Below are positions 33,711 to 45,271 of a DNA stretch of 64,000 nucleotides, piece after piece. The notes below the pieces were generated by a model. The model saw only the letters and a program-made list of their open reading frames with translations. It ran no database searches and was not told the DNA's origin. Origin of the DNA: Amoebidium appalachense. Taxonomy: Eukaryota > Protista > Ichthyosporea. Each line of letters starts with the position of its first letter. The first letter of the stretch is position 1. Both the position numbers and the translations under genes were made by a program. Where the stretch lies: assembly GCA_963693365.1 (NCBI GenBank), contig CAVNZM010000016.1, forward strand, positions 7,051,029-7,115,028. The letters are read 5' to 3'.

Positions 33711-33950
33711 GTACACCTACACACACGTACACACACGTACACACACCTTTTGTGCATGCTCTATGGTCTGTGCCTCTGGTGCCTGGGCAGGGGCCTCCTT
33801 TGGCGGCTCAGGCACAGCCACAGGCACAACGGGATAGCCGTGACCCTGCATGCTGACTAGGAACCTGGGGGGAGGAGGGGGGGGGGGGGGGGGAGGGGGG
33901 TTAGATTATGAACATATTATGGCGTAGATGTGTGTGTGCCTATGCCTGTG

Positions 33951-34034
<84 letters not shown>

Positions 34035-34275
34035 CATACGGTGTGTGTTTTGTGTGTGTGTATGAGAGGGTGGGTATGTGGTTGTGCACAACTGTAGCAT
34101 GTAGATGCACATTTGTGCGTGTGTTGGGGGGAGGGGGAGAGGGTGGGGTCGAGGATGTGTGTATACGCATCTTTGCTGTTCATTAGGAGCAAGTCTTTGT
34201 GTGTATCATGGTGTGACACGTGTGCCCCCCACTGGGCCAACCATCACCACTCGTTAACACCCTTCTTGATATGAT

Positions 34276-34337
<62 letters not shown>

Positions 34338-35713
34338 CACACACACTACACACACACTACACACACACACCCACCCACACACACACCTGTGCGCCGGCAC
34401 CTCCGTCTGCACCACCTCCTTCTTCTCCACCACCTCCGCACTCACATCCTGGCCCTTCTTCTTCTTAAAGGTGAGCCTCTTTGTCAGTGTGTGCAGGATG
34501 CCTCTCTTCTCTTCCCTTTTGCTCTCCGCCTTTGTCTCCTCTTTAGCCTCGGTGGCGGCAACAGGCATGACTGGATAGCCGTGACCCTGTTTGGTACAGA
34601 CGGGATCAGCAACTTACAATGTGCGACCACATACAAGATAAATGTCAAAAAATAATCCTGGCCGGAAAGCCGAAATACGGAGGAGGAGGGGCTTGTATCC
34701 AAAGAAATGGGTGCCGATAGATTTTCGTGATAGGCACAGTCGGCCAGGCTGCTGCCATTGGGGTGTTTGGGGCGGAAGGGGGGAGAGGGAGGGGGGGGGG
34801 GGGGGGGGGGGGGGGGGAGGGGGAGGGGAAGGGGGGAGGTATCACACGGGGGGTGGAGGAATGGAGGGCAGGGGCGGGCAGGCGACCTGGGGGAGAGGGG
34901 GGGGGGGGGGGGGGGGAGGTATCGCGCTGGAGGGAAGAGGAATGCAGGGGAGAAGAGCGCAGGCAACCTAGAAGGGGGGGGGGAGGGGGGGGGGGTCCTT
35001 CAAGCACACCTGCATCGACGAGATGAACCTGTAGGCAGGCACAGTAGCCTCTGCAATGGGTGCAGGGGCAGGTGCCTCCTCCCTGTGCTCCTCCTTCTCC
35101 CCCCTCAGTCTCTTGGTGGTCAGCCGGTGGCCCAGGCCGGCAATCTTCTCTCTGACGTTGGTTGAAGTGCGCTTGGGTTTGGTGGCCTCGGGAGAGGCGG
35201 GAGTGGGGGTAGGCATAACTGGGTAGCCGTGGCCCTGTGGGTGTTGGGACAGGAAGTTTAGAATGTCGAACACGGCATGGGGAACGTGGCGAAGAAAACA
35301 GTGTGTGCAAAAGGTTATGGGGTAGAGGGGTGTGTGTGTGGGTGTGTGTTGTTGTTTTCCCGGGCGGGGCGGGGCGGGGGGGGGGGGGGGGGTAGCCCTG
35401 TATTATGCACGTGTGTGGTTGCAAGCACTGATTCCATTACATTACATATGGGACAATGGGGTATGCCATCACACAGCCCCTCCTATCCCCTCATGACCCC
35501 CCTTCCCCAACCCTGCCCTCACACATCCACACGCCAAGGATCCAAAAGCACGTGCCAATTAAAGAACCTTCCCTGTGCCCTCTCATGCAACTCAATGAAA
35601 AATTTCCCTCCCACCATCCCCTTTCTCCCCTTTCCCCAGCAGCTCCTTTACGTGCACACATCCATACACACCCACCCACATGCACACATACGGAGAGACG
35701 CGCGCACGCACGC

Positions 35714-35760
<47 letters not shown>

Positions 35761-36516
35761 CCCCCCCCCCCCCCCCCCCCCCCCACCCACCCACACACAC
35801 ATGTACACACACACACACCTGCATGGTAGCAATGAACCTGTACGCAGGCACAGCCACCTCCGTGTCCTTCACTGCCTCCTTCACCACCGCACTTGTCCCC
35901 TCCTCCTCCAAATCCTTGTGTGACCCCAGAGCCTTCACCTTCCCCACAATCCCCCCGAAAAGAGCCGCCGTGCTCGATTTCTTCTTTGGCTCGGGGGCCG
36001 GGGTGACCGGAATTACCGGGTAACCATGACCCTGCATAGACGTGATGAAGCGGTATGCAGGCACCGTGGCCTCTAGGACGTTGTCTTTGCTGGGCCGTTT
36101 GGCCTTGACGGCCGGAATTAGGCTGGTCCACTTCCTCTTCTCGGTCACGGGCACGGGCACGGGCTGGGGGGAGAGATGGGATTAGGTGGTCGGTTACATG
36201 GGATGTGGGAGTGGGGGATGGGATGTTAGGTGTACAGTTAAGGGGTGAGTATGTGGTTGAGCGTGTGTCGTGCTGTGTGGTGTTGTGTGTGTTGGGGGGG
36301 GGGGAGGAGGGGGGGGAAGAATGCGGAAAAAACACACGTGGTGCATTTGAATTTTGCCCAACAACCAGAGGGCCAAACATGGCAATAGCAAGGCACAAAC
36401 TGGATTGGAACACAGCCAACATAAGTACTGTTTAAATTTGAATGCCCCACTGTTTGTCGGATGCCGGTTGATTTTTAATTCGTGGGGATACAGAGGGGGG
36501 ATGGGATGGCGATGTG

Positions 36517-36553
<37 letters not shown>

Positions 36554-37282
36554 TGTGTATGTGTAAGTATGTATCTTTGCGTGCGCGTGGGCGCGCGCAT
36601 GTGTGTGGACCTGTGTGGGAGCATAATTGTGTTTGCTGACTACTGCGTCGACATGTGTAGGCGCGTGTGTTCCTGTGTGTGTAGGTGTGCTTCCGCACCT
36701 GGATGTGTGTACATTTGTGTGTGCATGTGTCTCTACCTTCTCGACCACAGCCACATGTGGGTAACCATATCCAGCCATGGTGCTGATGAACCGATAAGCA
36801 GGAACCTCGGGTGTAGTGGTGGCAGGGGCCGGGGCCGCAGCCTTCTTCTTGTTGATGTGCATGATGCCGGGCAGCCACGTGCCACGTGTCTTACCCTCAG
36901 CCGCCTCGTGAACAGTGGTGGCGGGGGTGGTAGGGGTGATGGGGGTGACGGGGTACCCATGTCCCTGCATGGAAGAAATGAAACGGTAGGCAGGAACAGT
37001 GGGGGCGGAGTGAGCAGTGTCGGTCTTCTTCTCGCCCTTCAGTGGGTTCTTCATGTGGGGGAAGTTGATGCTGAAGCGCATCTTGGCGTCCTTCTTTTCC
37101 TTTTTCCCCTTGCTCTTTTCCTTCTCCCCTTCCTCTGGCAGAGGTGTAGCCTCGGTTGTGGGGGCAGGGGCCTCAGGGGGAACCTCTGTAGCTGACTCAG
37201 GGGCTACCTCTGGGGCGGCAGCTTCAGTTGAAGACGGCTCGGGGGCCGCTTCGACAACAGTTTGCTTCACTTCCTCGGACAT
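32909..37282 (-). CDS. uncharacterised 530-aa repeat protein with six VPAYRFxxxMQGHGYP motifs
   Basis: Exons 37282-36737, 36163-35819, 35234-35010, 34586-34387, 33864-33747, 33067-32909 (1593 nt) are all GT-AG and phase-consistent. Motif copies 4, 5 and 6 are only completed by splicing, which independently supports the model. Confidence 0.9.
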
Positions 37283-37394
37283 TTTTCTTGTATTATATCT
37301 CGAGTTTTCTATGTACGGATTATACTAGGTGAAAGTACATCAGACAACGGTTGATGTGTGTACTAAGTGATATCGATGAAACTGAACAGACAGA

Positions 37395-37535
37395 CTGTGA
37401 CGTCTTCGGTTTTCCGCGAGACGACATGCCAACAGGGCGGCAAAGACTGTTCATTGGCCCTCAATTCCGAATGGTGGAAGGGCCCACGCGTATGCATCAT
37501 GTGACAGCGTGACGTCATTAGCGTCAATTGGCTAG
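37395..37535. promoter_or_regulatory. putative promoter elements of the repeat-protein gene (CRE-like TGACGTC(A) x2, ATTGG x2)
   Basis: gtgacgtct at about 37397, cattggcc at about 37452, gtgacgtcat at about 37509 and aattggct at about 37526, 115-250 bp upstream of the ATG. Confidence 0.4.
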
Positions 37536-37893
37536 GATTTTCATCGGTTGTAGGGCTTTTCTTGCTATAACGCTTATAATTTAATTACACCTATTGTCAA
37601 ATATTTATAACCCCCTAATCCCTTCCCCCTCGCCCCAGTATTGCGCTTTTTCTGGATTTTGGGAGCAAGTAGCTCTATGCTATGCTCAGCAAAGGCCCCA
37701 TGCTCAGCTGATATTAGCCATATATGGCTGCAAGAGGCACATATGACTGGATATAAATCACATGCTAAATGTATAGAGATAAACTGATAATGCCGGAGAA
37801 GAGTCTAAGCAATTCCGATTCGTGGAGGGGGGCAAGAATCACGCACCTTCCAGGAATCTCGAAACTGTCGATTATGACGCCATGGGAAATTAC

Positions 37894-38280
37894 ACCTGAT
37901 ATTACTTCTATTGACTATCTGTTAAACCACCGTATGTTTAACGAGTTTTCTCTAGCTTATTTAGATAATCCTGATATTACTTCTATTGACTATCTGTTAA
38001 GGCTTAAACCACCGTATGTTTAACGAGTTTTCTAGGGTGTATGATTATTTTTTTTTCTTATGATTATTTGAGTCGTTATCCGTCTCCGTATCCGTGAGTA
38101 GGGGTTTTTGTATTTTCTTCTGAGATATCTGTGTTATCTCCGGCTTGCTTCTCTTTCATGAGCACTAGCTTATTTAGAATTATTTGAGTCGTTTTCTCCT
38201 CCGTATCCGTGAGTAGGGGTTTTTGTATTTTCTTCTCTGAGATATCTGTGATATCTCCGGATTGCTTCTCTTTTATGAGC
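37894..38280. repeat. two adjacent local duplications (about 75 bp and about 108 bp) in AT-rich intergenic DNA
   Basis: cctgatattacttctattgactatctgttaa..accaccgtatgtttaacgagttttct occurs twice; attatttgagtcgtt..tccgtatccgtgagtaggggtttttgtattttcttc..tgagatatctgt occurs twice. Confidence 0.85.
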
Positions 38281-39553
38281 ATATCAATAAAGTCATTAAA
38301 AAAAATTACACAGATCTGTGAATGGTCTACCACAGACTTTAAACCTTTTAATAGTAAACGTTTCTCGTGAAAGTCACTATTTTTTATTCTTTCAATTCAA
38401 ATAACAGCGTGTGATGATTTAAACTTTGTCGAGAGATATGGAAAATTCTATTGGCTTCAGAAAATCAGAATCCTACTATTCAGAAAATTTCAGATATCTA
38501 ACTATTCATTTAGTATCTATTTCACGAGTCACTCAAACGTTGCATGTTGAAATTGATATTAGCAGATAATATCTGAATTTCAGCCACACAACTGCGTATT
38601 GAATTATTTTGCAGTGTGTATATTTTGCGCGCCAAATACTTTGTTTGTTCAAGGAAAGTAATTACGTAAAGTCTTTCCAGTTGAACCTTCAAGAATTTCT
38701 GTGCTGAGCCTGAGGATTTCTTACACTCATCGGGGTGGCTCACGGATTCAATATGCAGGTGACCCAGGGTATGAAATCAGCATAAATTCCCTTGATTTAC
38801 GGCTTTTATTCTTCATAAAACACAGCTAGTAGTTAAAAAAAAGCTTTTTGTGTCATCATGGATATTATACATTAACTCCTCGACTCTAGGAGGCAGCAAG
38901 TATCTTTACATTTATTTGCCCCACTCTACACCGCTCCACATTTAGCTACATTTGATTGGCCCACTTATGGGTAACCCCGAGGTAACGTACCCTTCATGTA
39001 CACGTGTGTATGTACTGTATGCAATTGGCATGAGTAACAGTTTACATGAAACATACAGCTACAATTGCAAATTAGTCACCGCTGCTAGCGCTAGTGAAAG
39101 AAGCGAAGATAAAAGAAATCCTCAGGCTCTTGTTGTACATGTGCACAGAAGAGGGAGAAACAGAAAGGAGTAGTTAAAGCGGCTAAGTTTACTAAGACAA
39201 CGGGCTGTACTAACCGACCGTTGAGGTTAACGTTGTGTGCCAAGAGCGGAGGGTTGGGGGGGGGGGGGGGGGGGGGGAAGATCGGTGGGATGAAGGGGGG
39301 GGGAGGGGGGGGGGGGAGGGGGGGGGGGGTCGAAAGAATAAGTGCATTGGTGGTTGGATATTGTGTGTTGTAAGCATAGTTTTTGTAAGGGTGGATCCTT
39401 CAAAGGGAGGGCGAGGGAACGTTGGTGTACTCATTTGTCCGAATCATATTTGGCTCGTGGATGTGGGGTGGTGTGTAGGTGGATAGGTGGATAGGTGGAA
39501 AGGTACCAAGCAAGCACTTTTGTGTAACATTTGTGCCGCACACATCTCATTAC

Positions 39554-39593
<40 letters not shown>

Positions 39594-40296
39594 TTTCCCC
39601 CCCCAGGGCCCTCATGCCGTATTCTCCCCCTCCCCCCTCCGTCCCGCCGTCCTCCCCCTCCCCCCCATCCCCCCCCCCCCCCCCCCCCCCCCCCCCATCC
39701 CCCCACCTCCCCCCCCCATCCCCCTGTCCTCCCCGCCTCCCTCCCCAGTACCATCGCGCTGCAGTCCACCCATACATAGTATTTGATCATATGTTTATAC
39801 ATAATCATGTTGATTTATTTAATTTCATAACTTCTAATGTATACAAATTACAGTATATCTATGAATCCAAGTAACACCACTGTACATGCTAATGAAATTT
39901 GTACGGTATGCGAAATTTCATAATATACTGTTCAGGATATATCCTGACAGCCATATATAATGCCGTAGCAACGTAACTGCACTCGAACTTATGTATTGTA
40001 GGGATAGGCCGTTGTATATAATCTAACATTAAAATTAAAATGGCTTAAATTTAGGCAAAACCACCCAACCGGGACAACCAGTTGTTTATTTCGCAGCTGC
40101 TTAAATACTTAAAACCACACAGTGCACATGTATGCACTCAGAAAAACATGATGTGATTGCACAAACCCCACGAGGGAGTGACTTTAGATTTCGAATTGGG
40201 GAAGATTTATGAACGAGTCAGCCTATGAAGAGAAGGGTTATGTGTACGGACCGCACGCTGGCACCAAACTATGGTTTGAGATGTATGTGTATGTGT

Positions 40297-40327
<31 letters not shown>

Positions 40328-40474
40328 GGGGGGGGGAAGGGTGAGAGTGAGAGTGTGAATGTGTGTATATGTGTGTGCATATGTGTGTGCGTTGTGTGTG
40401 CGTGTGCCTGGGTGTGTATGGGTGTTGTACAGATGTGTGTGTGTGTGCGCGTGCGTGTGTGTGTGCGTGCGTGC

Positions 40475-40546
<72 letters not shown>

Positions 40547-40732
40547 TGTGTGTGGGTGGGTGGGTGGGTGGGTGGGTGTGGGTGTGCGCGCGCACGCGGT
40601 GTGGGGGTTTCATTGTGCTTGTGCGCTAAACGTGTGTGTGTGATATCTGTGCAGATAGGCACGTGACCAACGGTGCTCAAACCAATGTGTCTATTGCTTC
40701 GACATCCTCCACAGCCTATTAAATAAAAAAGG

Positions 40733-41920
40733 CTAGAAACTGAATGTGCCCATTGGTGCACCCTTTTCAGTTGCCAGAGCAAAGAATTTCCTTTTCCGAT
40801 CCATCACGACCTCTTCTAACTCTTGGCTCGTTCTCTCCAAATCTTCGACCTCTCACGTTAATCTTTCCAAATCTGAATTTTCAGGGGTGTCTGACAACTC
40901 GCGACTAGGGGTGCTCATATGGTCACTGCTGGCCGGCTGCACAACATCCATTGAACCCCCCCTTGGCTCAATTTGCTGGTCGGAATTTCCCGGAGGCTCT
41001 CCAACTCTACCGGTGGCCTTTTTGTTTCTTATTGCGTCTATGCCAATCACTGTGAATGCATTCATTTCAACGTCAGTTTTTGATTTCTCGAAATCCCCCC
41101 CCCCCCCCCCCCCCCTTCCGTTTTCTCACGAGAACGGAGGATGGGTTTTCACAAAAGCTAGTCGGGGTTTGAAATCATACCCTTTCCATCAAACATTATT
41201 CATTTGGCGTTCAATGACTGAAATGATATCCGACAATGAAACCATCATGATATATCTGCACATGCCGAGTGCTAACCTAAATGTGATAGATATGGTGTAT
41301 CTAAATGTATTACAATGTATCTAGACTACATAGGTATATCTAAATAAACTATGTTGTATATATCCAACTATAGCAGTCGTTTTTTGCTTTTTTTATTTGC
41401 TTTATATATATATATATATATATCATAGTATATATATATATATATTGCATATTGTTAGTGCGATATTGATAACAGCGTGGTGACGGCTGAACAGACCTCC
41501 GGGGGTGTTCAACGGGTGTGTGTGTACGTGTGTGTGTGTGTGTGTGCAGGTACTGAGTCTCGTGTGTGTGTATGTGCATGTGTTGTGTGTGTGCGCGTTT
41601 GTGTGCATGTGTGTGCGTGCATAAGTACTCGGGTAAGTGTTTGTGTGTGTGTGTGTGTTTGCGCGTGTGTGCATGGGTGTTTGTGTGCTTGCCGCGTGTG
41701 CAAGCATACAAACTCATGTGTGTGTGTGTGTGTGTGTGTGTGTCTGTGTGTGTGTGTGTACGCGCGCATGTGTGTGCGTGCATACGTCACTCGTGTGTGT
41801 ATGCCTGTGTTTACGCGTGCGCATGCGCGCGCGCGCGTGTCTGGTGCTTGTGTGTGTGTGTGTGTGTGTGTGTTGTGTGTGTGTGTGTGTACGCGCGCGC
41901 GTGCGTGTTCGTGTGTACGC

Positions 41921-41963
<43 letters not shown>

Positions 41964-44023
41964 TGCGTGTGTGTGTTACCTGACCGGTCGGGCACGTCTC
42001 CACCTCCCGCCAGATATATGTTCCCTTCAGACCTTGTCCCCACACTCAAATCTCCATTGATCGGTTGACTCCTCGATCCCGACCCCCCCACATTGCCGAC
42101 AGACATACGCTTAGACAGCTGTTTCGAAATCGTATTGTTCGCCTGATCCATGTGCGATTGCAATTTCGGCACAAACATAACGCATACGGCGACGGTGATG
42201 CCAAGAAAGAGGGAGACAGAAACGAGGGAGTATCGAGCGGTCGCGCTGTCGACCGTAGCCACCATAGGACCGATGCACACACACAGCAACCCTGCGGGGG
42301 GGGGGGGGGGGGGGGGGGGGGGACGGGGGGGTAAATCCGCCATAGAGTACGAAATAAACGTCCACAACGGACAAAACAATGCAGAGGGCAAAGTTCACAC
42401 ATTCAGAGTATACATAAGAAACACAGCCTATCCTTAGGGGGGGCGCCCTCCTTTATTTTACGTGAGGAGAGGGCGGTGGGAGGGAAGAGGGGGAAAAGGG
42501 GGGGGGGGGGGGAGCCACGGGAGGGAGGAGTGGGGGGGTGGGGGGGTATCCTCGGGAAAGGGGGAGAGGGCGGGGGAGGGGGGGGAGGGGGGAAGGCAGG
42601 GGAGGGAGGGAAGGGGGGGGGGGGTTAGCTACCAGTCAAGTAGACGACCACGGCAATGACTTTGGCCTCCTGATACTGATTGGGCACTTTGTAGATTAAG
42701 ATTGAGATGGCGCAGGCACCAAACACTAGCAGAATGTTAAAAATAGCAACGCCTAAAAAGGCTGGTGACGTAACAGACACATGTGCCGCAAGGGTGGGGA
42801 TGGAATAAGAGCGGGTGTAGCCCTCTTGAGACCTGTAGGGGGGCAGGGCGTGGGGGGAGGGGGGGGGGGGGGGGGGAGGGGGTGTGTGTGTGTGGGTGGG
42901 TGGGTGGATGGGGGGGGGGGGGGGGGGGGGGGAGGGGAGGGGAGGGGGAGGTGGGTGGGTGGGTGGGTGGGTGGGTGTGGGGGGGGAGGGGGGGGGGGGG
43001 GGGAGCTGCATTAGAGGGTGGCAAATATTGAAGCCATGAATTGACTAACCTCAGGGAGAAAGCACAACAGACGAAATGAACAAAACAAGTGTGCATGCAG
43101 ATGGTGTTACGTGAGCAGAGACCAGCAGGGGGGTTCTCAGCTTTCCACAAAAGAACGGGGTTTCGACTCATTCACGGTGTTCTTTTTTTTTGTTTGTTTG
43201 TTTGTTTACTGAAGTTCTTTATTTATTTATTTATTTATTTTTTGGGGGGGGGGGGGGGAGGGGGGGAGGGGGAGAGGGGGAGTGAGCGTGGTGGAGGGGG
43301 GGAGGGGGGGGGGGGGGGGGGGGGGGAGGGGCTGACTTGTTGTTGTGACATATCCCGCCACTAGGGCAAAAAGATATTGCTGTCAACTTCTGCAACATGG
43401 TCACATTTCCCTCCCCCTTCCCTTCTCCCCCTTCTCACCTCCCCCCCTTTCAGAGGCACCAGACTGTCTCTCTCCCTTCCTTCTTTCCCCTCAACGCGTG
43501 CCGGCACCTTTCACCTTACTTCTTTCCCCCGTCCCTGTCTTCTCATTCCACCCCCTACCCACGTACACAAGACGTGTGTGTGTGTGTGCTGGTGGCGGGG
43601 AGTGTGGTGAATGGGGACGAGGGTTGGGGGGGGGGGGGGGGGGAAGGGGGGGAAGAGGGGAGGGGGGGGGGAGGGGGGTTATCTCACATGACTGTAAAGG
43701 AAACCTCTCGAGTGGTGTGAAAAGACCCATGTGTGGCACCGACAGCCAATAGGAGAGCGAGTTCGATTACCATACATAGAAATACCGGTATGAGGAGCAC
43801 GTGATCGGTGATTTTCATAGACTGGACCCGATGGGGGGCAAAGCAGATGTAGATGCGGGCCAACTTTGCTAGAAGGGACGAGAAGGATAGACCTATGCCT
43901 ATAAATAGAAATCCCAATCCGTGAAAATTGGACATTTATCATGCCGGTTTTCTCATCGCATGGGCCGTGGGTGTACTCCAGATGGCGGTCAAAATTACAT
44001 TTAGTCTGCAAACGTGTCCTGCC

Positions 44024-44060
<37 letters not shown>

Positions 44061-44277
44061 GATCTGGTCAGTGTCAGGTTTTCCAACTACAGGAGAGGCG
44101 GAAAGAAAAAGGCAGAAACCCATGCGAGCTCAGGTTCAGAAGCCAGCCGCTTAGTGTAATGCGTGGGAGAAAGAGAAGAATATGTTTCGTCTCTTCCTCT
44201 ACGTTCTTTTGTTGTCTTTCTCTCTTTTTTCTTTTTTCTTTCTTCCATTTTTTTGTGTTTTTGGGGGGGGGGGGGGG

Positions 44278-44308
<31 letters not shown>

Positions 44309-45079
44309 TAATGGGTGTTCGATACTAAAGAGGATTTTTATACACTAATAAAAACTGTGTGTGTGTAGGGGAGAGAGGGGGAGGGGGAAGGGGGGGTTGA
44401 AGAAGTTGAAGAGGAGAATGCATTATAAGCAAAGCCCAATTTTCGGAGGGTGGGGGCTGGGGGGAGGGGGGAGGGGGGCTTTTTACCTCTTCGGCGGTTG
44501 CATTTTTCTTGATCATAGCCCACAGCAAGTGTCTCAAAAACCCCGCCTGCTTAATTTCACTCGTGTAGGGAGGGGGGCCCATCGCGTAGTCGGGGACTAT
44601 ATCAAAACCGTTCGGTACCTGTGGATTGGTCGAATGTCAGGTGGGTGAACTTAGCAGGGAGCCAATGAGGTTCTAACAATGAAACACAGCCGATTGTGCT
44701 GCGGTACATTTGGATTGGGAGAAAGTCACGCGGGTGAACTTAACAGTGAAAAAATCAGATCATAACAATAAAACACAGCCTGTTCGATTCGTACATGTGC
44801 GGAGATAAAAGAACTATTATAATATTGCACGACAAGTAACAGTGGCATATGGTCTGGTCAAGGGAGTAAAAAAACAGGGCCTAAAAGTTATGTGGGAGAT
44901 GGGGCTGTGATATATTTTTGTTAAAGGAGAAATATGGTGGCAGTGTTGGTGTTGGTGTCACTGTGGGGTCGTGGATGTGTGGGCAACAGGTGTGTTGGGT
45001 GGGTGTGTGTAATATACAGAACGGAAAGGGGGGTGGAGGCTGTGTGTGTGTGCTTTTGGTGTGTGTGTGTGTGCATTCG

Positions 45080-45131
<52 letters not shown>

Positions 45132-45150
45132 TGTGTGCGTGCGTGCGTGC

Positions 45151-45223
<73 letters not shown>

Positions 45224-45234
45224 CCCGCGCATCG

Positions 45235-45271
<37 letters not shown>

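Noticed and set aside
38076-38743. Short AT-rich ORFs (85 and 73 aa)
   Set aside because: One is generated by a local duplication. Neither has a recognisable domain or splice support.
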